A program made the translations under genes and the position numbers. 64,000 bases of DNA from Bacteroidota bacterium (GTDB lineage Bacteria; Bacteroidota; Bacteroidia; Palsa-948), in assembly GCA_016213435.1 (NCBI GenBank), contig JACRAL010000028.1, forward strand, positions 2,196 through 66,195. The letters are read 5' to 3'. Below the pieces are notes generated by a model. That model was given only the letters and a program-made list of their open reading frames with translations. It was not told where the DNA came from and did not search any database. Shown piece by piece: positions 49,501 to 56,517 of this stretch; position 1 is the stretch's first letter; each line of letters opens with the position of its first letter.

Positions 49501-52500
49501 GCACTTTCTGCCGAACAGATTGATGCGGTTGCAATGGCGATTTACAATATCGAAGCGCGCGGGCAGGGAATGATTATCGGAGACCAAACCGGAATCGGCA
49601 AAGGCAGAGTTGCGGCAGGAATGATTCGTTACGGAGTTCAGCAGGGATTGAAACCAATTTTCATTACTGAGAAAGCAAATTTATTTTCCGACATCTACCG
49701 GGATTTGGTTGCAATCGGTTCGGCTCATCTTGTTCCTTTTATTGTGAACGGCAAGGAATCCAAGACTGATATTAAAGATGAAGACGGAAATATTATTTAT
49801 CAGGCATTGCCCGCGCATGAACAGCAGAAAATTTTCGAGAGCGAAAAAGTTCCTGCTAAATTTCATTTTGTTGTAGGAACATATTCGCAGTTTAATTCTC
49901 CCGAAAAAAAACCTGAGAAACCGAATTTTCTTCGCGCAATCGCAAACGGAAATATTATCATAATGGATGAAGCGCATAATTCGAGCGGCTCATCCAACAC
50001 AGGGGAATTTATGCAGTCCGTTGTTGCCGATACAAAAGGCGTAATATTTCTCTCGGCAACTTTTGCCAAACGTCCGGACAATATGCCGATTTACGCTATG
50101 AAAACTGCAATCTCCGATGCGAACATGACAAAGGATGAACTCGTGGAAGCAATTATTCGCGGAGGCGTTGCCTTGCAGGAAGTGTTGTCGAGCCAGCTCG
50201 TAGCCGAAGGGCAGATGCTCAGGCGCGAGCGTTCCTTTGAAGGCGTGGAAGTGAATTACATCACGCTCGAAGATAAAGAGCAGGAACATAAAGCCGTTGC
50301 CGACAACATCACGGAAATTCTGCGCGATATAATTTCCTTTCAGAAAAATTTCGTGGACAAGCAAATTGATGACTTGGATAAAATTGCCGTTGCCGAAGGA
50401 AAAGAAGTGAAACTGCGGGAGGGAACATCGCAAGCGGGAGTGGACAATCAGCCGTACTTTTCTAAAGTGTTCAATGTAATTAATCAAATGCTTTTCTCCA
50501 TCAAAGCGGAAGCAGTTGCAGAGCGGGCAATTATGCGACTGAAAGAAGGCAAGAAACCTGTAATTGCTTTCGCTTCTACGATGGGAAGTTTCATTGAGCA
50601 AATGGAAAATGATAAAGGCGTAACGGTGGGAGACGGAGATGTAATCAATGCTGATTTTTCAGAGGTTTTAAAACGAGGGCTTGAGGGAATCCTGCGCTAC
50701 ACAGAACATGATGTGAATGGCGAACCGACTTCCAAAAAATTTGAACTCTCGGATTTATCGCAGGAGGCGCAGGCAGAATACACGCGCATCATGGGAAAAA
50801 TAAAATCGGCAAGCACAGGAATCACCATTTCCCCGATTGATATAGTGATAAAGAAAATTCAGGATGCAGGATATTCCGTTGCGGAAGTAACAGGCAGAAA
50901 ATACGAACTGCAAATAAATCCAAAGACAAGCAAAGGCTTGATTTTACAGAGAAGGAGAATCAACACCAACGATGCCTTTCGCCAGTTCAACAATAACGAG
51001 GTGGATGTGCTGATGATAAACCAATCGGGAAGCACAGGCGCATCGGCACACGCAATTCCTACGGCAAAAGTTCCCGCTTCACAGGTGAAGCAAAGAGCAA
51101 TGATTGTTTTACAGGCAGAGCTTGACATCAACACCGAAGTCCAAAAACGCGGGAGGATTAACCGCACAGGGCAAATCCTGAAACCGATTTATGATTATGT
51201 GAATTCGGCAATACCGGCAGAGAAGCGATTGATGATGATGTTGCAGAAAAAATTAAAATCGCTCGATGCAAACACAACGTCAAATCAAAAGCAAAGCACA
51301 AAAATTTTAGATGTTCCCGATTTTCTGAATAAGTACGGAGATAAATTGGTTAAGGAATATCTTTTGGAAAATCCTGAAACAAATGAATTGCTGAATGACC
51401 CGCTTAAACTGAAAACAACAAAACAGGATGACAAAGAAAATGTAGAAGATGCAGCGCATAAAGTTTCAGGGCGTGTTGCAGTTCTTTCAACAAAGATGCA
51501 ATCGGATTTTTACAATGAGATTGCAGAGCGTTATATAGATTATTCCGAGTACCTGAAGCAAATCGGGGAATATGATTTGGAAGTGGAGGCAATGGATTTG
51601 AAAGCGGAGAGAATCAACCGGAATGTAATTAAAATGGGAAAAGGCGGAGACAGCACATTCGGAGACGACAGCATATTGGAAACTGTAAAAGCGAATGTTC
51701 TGAAAAAACCTTTTTCAAAAAGCGAACTCGCCAATTTGCTGAACGAATCTCTCGGAGGAAAAGATGCACACGCGATAAAAGCAAAATTGCAAAGCGAATA
51801 TGAAACTTTTATTGCAGGACGTTTGGAAGAAGAAATAAAAGAGGTGAATGAAAAATACGATGAACTGATTAAGGAAGTTCCCAATGAAAAGAAAATCCTG
51901 AAACTAAAATCGGAAAAGGAAAGAGAATCCGAAATCCGCCTAAGAGAAAATGAACTGGAACAGGCAAGAGACGCGCAAGTAGAGCAAACAAGAAAAGTAT
52001 TCGGCAACCGCGCTCAATATCTCGAAAGGATTTTTAAATACTTCTTTGTCGGCAAGCGGCTGAATTATCCTGTGCAGTCCTATAACGAAGGACAGGAATT
52101 AGTTTTAGCAACTTTTTTAGGATTCATCATTGACAAGAAAAAGAAAAATCCCTATGCACCAAGCGCAATGAAACTACGCTTCGCCATTGCTAACAGCAAT
52201 AAATACATTGCCATTCCCGCGAGTTATTCCGATGATATTACCGCCATCATGGGCGCAAGTTCGGATGCAGAAGAAATGGACCGAGAACAATTATTGGAAG
52301 AATGGGAAAAAGCGATTAAGACAAATACGGTTGACAGGAGAACTCGCCACATCATTACAGGAAATTTATTGCAGGCATTTTCCGACTTTAAGGGAAAACT
52401 CGTCAGCTACACAACTTCCGATGGAGAAACAAAAAAAGGAATCCTGATGCCTGAAAACTGGATTCCCCAAGAACATATCGGGGATAAAGTCGTTGTGCCG

Positions 52501-52944
52501 ATTGGCAAGGCAATCAAAATAATTAAATCGCTAACCGATGGCGCGGCTATTCACACCAACAATGCTATCGGAATATTTCGTCAGGGGAACGCATACAAAG
52601 TTATTGTGCCGGGTTCGCGTGTTCAAGGCGGAGAAGTTTATCTCGATAAAGATTTGCTTGAACTCGTGGACGGAAATAATTTTGAAAAGGTGTCGGATAA
52701 AATGGTTGCGACTTTACCGCATAAAAACATCGAGCCGTTTGTAGAAATTCTTCAGAATAAATTTTCTTCTGCCGTTACGCTTACCGCAAGTCAGTTTTCA
52801 ATTATCAAAGACGAAAAACAGAAACGCACTTCCACACGAAAAAAAATTGAGCTTCCTCCAAAGCAGGATGAAAGTATCAATATAAAATTGTATGAACTCG
52901 AAGCAGAGGCGCTGGCATTGGAACTTGAATTACTCGCAGCATAA
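46564..52944 (+). CDS. Polyvalent DarB-like protein: JAB/RadC, beta-class DNA MTase, N6-adenine MTase, MutS-I, Strawberry-notch/SF2 helicase
   Basis: AHNHPSGN..PS.AD...T..I....LLDHVI; TSPPY and LDPFCGT; FEPSAGNG and NPPF; KYPD.VLL...GSFYETFGEDA; GDQTGIGKGR, DEAH, QKRGRINRTGQ. Confidence 0.9.
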   Translation: MRKHKPYQVKPEMIFTLGYLQQGEIPEVKLRLNRSSRKKLFGKIGSSKDVADFIRKIYKRGEIELQEQFIVLYLDRGNNIIGFYRHTTGAISGTIADVRIILAAALKSASTSIIIAHNHPSGNLQPSQADIDLTKKIKESANTMDISLLDHVIVTKDGYYSFGDEGLVGLEENEIGFVNSKLKPDINKVIQGDVLETLKDFPDESVDCVITSPPYWQLRDYGWKGQWGLEKTFDKYLENLWKLMDEIRRVLKPKGTVWINLGDTYGTQSGTGRGTQYISKSTKHHVENGATLIKGKAPHKSQLLIPHRFAIGCMERGWIVRNDIIWAKKNSMPESVKDRFAKKHEYVFLMVKEKDYYFDLDSVREPHKAESVERTKRGWNGHREKGSSYENMDEKKMCHPDGKNPGDISDFWKIQNKGGHDKHYAKYSSDLLTKPILAGCPKGGIVLDPFCGTASTGVRAIELGRKFIGIEGKKEYCHIAEKNLKNISLNGLGLLSTIPKWQFVEKVEKDLEKKISYNKRSIEKLAATFGIHDKTLVKELTELAIVRRARSLAHSQESEKEKFDSIVELYNSQVNLSHRTSQSILLQQYSTPAPITFLAGIFVGADKGVSVFEPSAGNGLLTIAGTEQNIIVNEIDSVRRENLHTQGYKMVLNRDATKPFPEFYQKMSAVITNPPFGTLDTEVMYDNFPIKTLDHLMALRALDTMRDNGKASIIIGGHTQWDEKGRIQAGKNRIFFNYLYSRYNVIDVINIDGSLYSRQGTSFDVRLILIDGRKKNPQGAAPVKNSELSNTVKTFDALYERVNDAISASGLSEIKRFNSLKEKYPDVVLLLNTGSFYETFGEDAVATSKIIGTVLSHRNGIPVTGFPLVSLDSYLSKLVRSGNKVAIADELQNPKSMKQNISSLEREALALQRQLLGEELGSPYIPASESCVVLNTQVPDSMSFETQKALEQIREEVGGDIDAFVRHRLNFRSKMELCKALSAEQIDAVAMAIYNIEARGQGMIIGDQTGIGKGRVAAGMIRYGVQQGLKPIFITEKANLFSDIYRDLVAIGSAHLVPFIVNGKESKTDIKDEDGNIIYQALPAHEQQKIFESEKVPAKFHFVVGTYSQFNSPEKKPEKPNFLRAIANGNIIIMDEAHNSSGSSNTGEFMQSVVADTKGVIFLSATFAKRPDNMPIYAMKTAISDANMTKDELVEAIIRGGVALQEVLSSQLVAEGQMLRRERSFEGVEVNYITLEDKEQEHKAVADNITEILRDIISFQKNFVDKQIDDLDKIAVAEGKEVKLREGTSQAGVDNQPYFSKVFNVINQMLFSIKAEAVAERAIMRLKEGKKPVIAFASTMGSFIEQMENDKGVTVGDGDVINADFSEVLKRGLEGILRYTEHDVNGEPTSKKFELSDLSQEAQAEYTRIMGKIKSASTGITISPIDIVIKKIQDAGYSVAEVTGRKYELQINPKTSKGLILQRRRINTNDAFRQFNNNEVDVLMINQSGSTGASAHAIPTAKVPASQVKQRAMIVLQAELDINTEVQKRGRINRTGQILKPIYDYVNSAIPAEKRLMMMLQKKLKSLDANTTSNQKQSTKILDVPDFLNKYGDKLVKEYLLENPETNELLNDPLKLKTTKQDDKENVEDAAHKVSGRVAVLSTKMQSDFYNEIAERYIDYSEYLKQIGEYDLEVEAMDLKAERINRNVIKMGKGGDSTFGDDSILETVKANVLKKPFSKSELANLLNESLGGKDAHAIKAKLQSEYETFIAGRLEEEIKEVNEKYDELIKEVPNEKKILKLKSEKERESEIRLRENELEQARDAQVEQTRKVFGNRAQYLERIFKYFFVGKRLNYPVQSYNEGQELVLATFLGFIIDKKKKNPYAPSAMKLRFAIANSNKYIAIPASYSDDITAIMGASSDAEEMDREQLLEEWEKAIKTNTVDRRTRHIITGNLLQAFSDFKGKLVSYTTSDGETKKGILMPENWIPQEHIGDKVVVPIGKAIKIIKSLTDGAAIHTNNAIGIFRQGNAYKVIVPGSRVQGGEVYLDKDLLELVDGNNFEKVSDKMVATLPHKNIEPFVEILQNKFSSAVTLTASQFSIIKDEKQKRTSTRKKIELPPKQDESINIKLYELEAEALALELELLAA

Positions 52945-52983
52945 ATACTTCGGCAAGCTCAGTATAAACTAAAATATTTTACC

Positions 52984-54459
52984 ATGATAAACACAGATAA
53001 TTATTACAGCAAAACAAGCGGACTTGATTTTTCAACTCTGCCTCCTGCGTTGCAGAAGGGACATGAGTTCGTGGACAAGGTTACAATGAAAGGAGAAAGC
53101 TGGACTTCTTACGAAAGCAGTCCGACCATTCAGAAAGTCATTGATGAATATTTCAAAAAACTTTCCGAACATCTTCCTGAAAAATCAGAAGCAAAAAAGG
53201 AGCGCAAGGAAGAAAAGAAGGAAAAAGAAAAAAGTGTTCATCCGAAAAAAGAAAAAGTAAAAAATGAGCGCGTTCAGAAGGTAAAAACTGAAACGAAAGA
53301 AGATGTGGAACTGGTAGAGCGTATTCCCGATGAGTTGCGCTTTATGAAGCGTTACATCAAACTTCATAATAAAAAGAAAACGAAGGAAGAGTTATTGCGC
53401 TTTATCAATGCACTTCAAAAAGCAATTCTTGAAAGAAGAATCCGAAAAGATTCTGCATGGTCAAAGCAAATAAACTATATGCAGGAAAATCTTCTGAAAG
53501 TTTACAATGGAATGAAAGGTCGTTCCATTGAAATTGAAATCAGTCCTAAGACATGGGCAGAGTTCAAAAAGGAAATAGAGGGTGAAAAGGAATTCAAATC
53601 CATTCAGTTCATCAAACGCTATGTGAACCTGCATGGAAAAATTGGAATCAAAGAGAAAGCGAAAAAACTTTTTGAGCAGATAAACCGCGCAGTAAAGAAA
53701 AGGAAAATTGAAAAGGGCGATAAGTACGCCACAAAGCTGAATCAGATTTGGCTTTCATTGCAGGATTTTCTCGCAGACAAAAGCAAAAAAACTTTGCCGA
53801 TGAATTCAGCCGAGCTGAATGGGCTGATGGGATTCTTGGGTAAATGTAATTGTGGATTGAACGGAGTTGAAGACGAGGATGAGGGCGAATCAGAAAGTGG
53901 AAATAAATTAATGAGCAGTATGGATTTTGCAGACATGGAATTTGATTCCATCGGGTTAAAAGATAAATGGCGAGAACTGATGGGCGATCCCGCACCGGGT
54001 TTTACAGCAATGGTTTTTGGAAAACCGAAAACAGGAAAATCATATCTCTGTGTGGAATTTGCAGGATACCTGGCGCGTAATCACGGAAAAGTTTTGTATG
54101 TGGCGCGTGAGGAAGGTTTAGATAAAACGCTTCAAATAAAACTCAACGATAAAAATGTAAAGCATGAAAATCTTTTCGTGAGCGATTTTCTTCCCGAAGA
54201 TTTATCCGAGTATGATTTTATTTTTCTTGACAGCGTGAACAAGCTCGGACTTTCTGCAAAGGATTTGGATGTACTCAGGAAATCAAATCCGGGCAAGTCG
54301 TTCATCTTCGTTTTCCAAACCACCAAAGACGGAAATTTCAGAGGGAAAAATGAATTTCAGCATGACGTGGACATAGTGATTGAAGTTGCCGAAAAAGGAA
54401 AAGCCGTTCAGTTCGGCAGGTACAATCAAGGGGGCGAGATGAGCATTTTTGAGGGATGA
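52984..54459 (+). CDS. Basic helical N-terminal domain fused to a RecA/KaiC/Sms-like P-loop ATPase
   Basis: GKPKTGKS (Walker A), VLYVAREEG, FIFLDS (Walker B), HDVDIVIEV. Confidence 0.8.
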   Translation: MINTDNYYSKTSGLDFSTLPPALQKGHEFVDKVTMKGESWTSYESSPTIQKVIDEYFKKLSEHLPEKSEAKKERKEEKKEKEKSVHPKKEKVKNERVQKVKTETKEDVELVERIPDELRFMKRYIKLHNKKKTKEELLRFINALQKAILERRIRKDSAWSKQINYMQENLLKVYNGMKGRSIEIEISPKTWAEFKKEIEGEKEFKSIQFIKRYVNLHGKIGIKEKAKKLFEQINRAVKKRKIEKGDKYATKLNQIWLSLQDFLADKSKKTLPMNSAELNGLMGFLGKCNCGLNGVEDEDEGESESGNKLMSSMDFADMEFDSIGLKDKWRELMGDPAPGFTAMVFGKPKTGKSYLCVEFAGYLARNHGKVLYVAREEGLDKTLQIKLNDKNVKHENLFVSDFLPEDLSEYDFIFLDSVNKLGLSAKDLDVLRKSNPGKSFIFVFQTTKDGNFRGKNEFQHDVDIVIEVAEKGKAVQFGRYNQGGEMSIFEG

Positions 54460-54491
54460 AAAATAAATTTTGCCAGTAAAAAGATGACCCG

Positions 54492-54499
54492 TATATTTG
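54492..54499 (+). promoter_or_regulatory. Sigma-A -7 box upstream of the small ORF and integrase
   Basis: TATATTTG, with TTTG about 20 bp upstream (-33 box). Confidence 0.55.
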
Positions 54500-54615
54500 T
54501 AATACATTGAAAATCAATGTACTGAATATGAAACGGCAACCTTTGAAATGGCAAGAAATAAAACAAATCGGGAAAAGGTAGGATATAAATTTTCGCATGA
54601 AAAATTTATTCCGAC

Positions 54616-54807
54616 ATGGAAGAAGAGAGGAAGCCAAGATTGGTTCAGGATATTACTATTGAGGATGTCCGAAAAATTAAAAAGTATGAGAATATTTCCG
54701 ATGACGAGGCGAATGAATTATTGTTCGCGCTCGAAAAATTGGCTATCATAACTTATAACACTTGGCAAAAAACCAAACAAGAAAAAAATGAACAACAACA
54801 ACTTTAA
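54616..54807 (+). CDS. Small protein overlapping the integrase start (candidate directionality factor)
   Basis: 63 aa, helical (NISDDEANELLFALEKLA); overlaps the integrase ATG. Confidence 0.55.
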   Translation: MEEERKPRLVQDITIEDVRKIKKYENISDDEANELLFALEKLAIITYNTWQKTKQEKNEQQQL

Positions 54808-56512
54808 ACAATTCGCAAAAGGACAGCCCAAAATTTCCAAAGAAGGAAATAACAATGCTGTCATCTACACCCGCGTTTCAACAAAAGAGCAAGCGGAAAA
54901 CAACGGCAGTTTGGAAACTCAAAAGAAATATTGTTTTGAGTACGCGACAAAACAAAGTTTTAATATTCTTGGATATTTCGGAGGAACGTATGAAAGCGCA
55001 CAAACGGATGAGCGCGATGAGTTTAATCGCATGATGAAATTTGTGAGAAACCTGAAAAGTAAAGTTGATTTTATTTTGGTTTATACCTTAGACCGATTCA
55101 GCCGTTCAGGAGAAAATGCGATTTATATTTCTGCTGAATTAAATAAACTGGGGATAAGAATTATCGCAGTAACTCAACCTATTGATACGTCTTCCCATGC
55201 AGGAGCATTGCAACAAAACATCCAGTTCATATTCAGTAAATACGACAATGACCTGAGAAGGCAAAAAGCCGTTGATGGAATGAGGGAAACTATTCGCAAA
55301 GGAATTTGGATGGGGAATCCTCCGATGGGTTACACCAAAATAAAAGAGGATGGCGTAACAAGAATCATAATTAATGAAAAAGGGAAACTTCTTCAGAAGG
55401 TATTTAACTGGAAAGCAAAAGAAGGATATTCCAACGTGGAAATCCTCAAAAAGCTGAAAGCGCATGGACTGGATTTAAAACACAAACAGGCAATAACTAA
55501 AATCCTGACAAACCCATTTTATGCAGGGATGATTGCCCACCGAATGTTGGAAGGCGAAGTAATAAAGGGTAAGCACCCCGCAATCGTTTCCCCTGAAGTA
55601 TTTGTTGCAATAAATACCATTCAGCGAAACAATCATATCAGCGGTTACCGGCACAGAAAGGAAAACCCTGAGCTTCCATTAAGGCAATTCGTGCATTGTG
55701 AGCGATGCAACTCGCATTATACAGGATACATCGCCAAGAAAAGAATCTATTACTATAAGTGCAGTAAAATAGGTTGCAGATGCAATCGCAAGGCAGATGA
55801 GATGCACAACTTATTTAAAGAGCATTTATCGCAATATGCTTTGACGAAAGAAATGCTTCCGCTTGCAAAACTCTATTACAGCAAGATTTATTCAATCATT
55901 AACACCATCTACGTTGAAAGCAAGAAAAGAATTGATGCAACTATGAATGAGATTCAGCAGAAGATAGACAAGGTTGAAGAAAGATTTATTTATGGAGAGA
56001 TTGACCGCTCACTTTATGAAAAACACATCGGCAAATTGAAGGCGGAATTAACCGAAGTTTCGGAAAGAGCGAAAGACTTGAGGTTCCAGTTGTCGAACGC
56101 TGATGAATACGTGGAATACGGAGTTGAAAAAGCCATTTCTCTCTCTGAAATGTGGACTTCTACGACTACGCACGACAAGATAAGTTTACAAAAACTTGTG
56201 TTCCCTGATGGAATTCTGTATTCGAGGGAAAATGACCGCTATCGAACGCCTCGTGTAAATTCTTTATTCGAGATAAACCCCCTGATAAACAACGACTTTA
56301 GCAAAAATAAAAAAGGACTTTCAGAAAAACTTTTTCTGAAAGTCCCATCGGGCGGAGAGAGTGGGATTCGAACCCACGGTACCCTTTTGAGGCACACACG
56401 CTTTCCAAGCGAGCTCCTTAAGCCACTCGGACATCTCTCCGAAATCTTCGAAAAACGAATGAGTACGAAAATACGAATGAGTACAAATTCAAAATTCGAA
56501 GCGCAAATTTAG
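54788..56512 (+). CDS. Large serine recombinase (integrase); integrated form reads through the antisense tRNA
   Basis: VIYTRVST (catalytic Ser), DRFSR, recombinase domain LTNPFYAG...HPAIVS, Zn ribbon CERC...YYKC, coiled coil. Confidence 0.95.
   Translation: MNNNNFKQFAKGQPKISKEGNNNAVIYTRVSTKEQAENNGSLETQKKYCFEYATKQSFNILGYFGGTYESAQTDERDEFNRMMKFVRNLKSKVDFILVYTLDRFSRSGENAIYISAELNKLGIRIIAVTQPIDTSSHAGALQQNIQFIFSKYDNDLRRQKAVDGMRETIRKGIWMGNPPMGYTKIKEDGVTRIIINEKGKLLQKVFNWKAKEGYSNVEILKKLKAHGLDLKHKQAITKILTNPFYAGMIAHRMLEGEVIKGKHPAIVSPEVFVAINTIQRNNHISGYRHRKENPELPLRQFVHCERCNSHYTGYIAKKRIYYYKCSKIGCRCNRKADEMHNLFKEHLSQYALTKEMLPLAKLYYSKIYSIINTIYVESKKRIDATMNEIQQKIDKVEERFIYGEIDRSLYEKHIGKLKAELTEVSERAKDLRFQLSNADEYVEYGVEKAISLSEMWTSTTTHDKISLQKLVFPDGILYSRENDRYRTPRVNSLFEINPLINNDFSKNKKGLSEKLFLKVPSGGESGIRTHGTLLRHTRFPSELLKPLGHLSEIFEKRMSTKIRMSTNSKFEAQI
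56303..56345 (-). terminator. Element-supplied terminator for tRNA-Ser, embedded in the integrase CDS
   Basis: Perfect 15-bp inverted repeat GGACTTTCAGAAAAA-C-TTTTTCTGAAAGTCC (56315-56345), followed on the minus strand by a T-rich run. Confidence 0.75.
56353..56440 (-). tRNA. tRNA-Ser(GGA)
   Basis: GGAGAGATGTCCGAGTGGCTTAAGGAGCTCGCTTGGAAAGCGTG...GTGGGTTCGAATCCCACTCTCTCCG: 7-bp acceptor stem, long variable arm, TTCGAA loop; CCA not encoded; TAAATTTG promoter box at 56504-56511. Confidence 0.96.
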
Positions 56513-56517
56513 AAAAA

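Larger units (their letters stand above)
24006..56356. mobile_element. About 32.3-kb serine-recombinase-integrated element (putative tail-less provirus) at the tRNA-Ser(GGA) 3' end
   Basis: Large serine recombinase runs into the tRNA. GCGGA core at 24006-24010 and 56352-56356; joining them gives an in-frame integrase tail. Contains repressor, lysis and polyvalent-protein genes between housekeeping flanks. Confidence 0.8.

Noticed and set aside
46564..52944. Restriction-modification system
   Set aside because: No restriction endonuclease or specificity subunit is evident; the architecture fits DarB-like polyvalent proteins.
54548..54751. 67-aa ORF upstream of the integrase
   Set aside because: Overlaps 54616-54807 in another frame; the latter is coupled to the integrase start and looks more protein-like.
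56357..56512. Integrase C-terminal 51 aa as a real domain
   Set aside because: It is the antisense reading of tRNA-Ser and its upstream region, created by integration.
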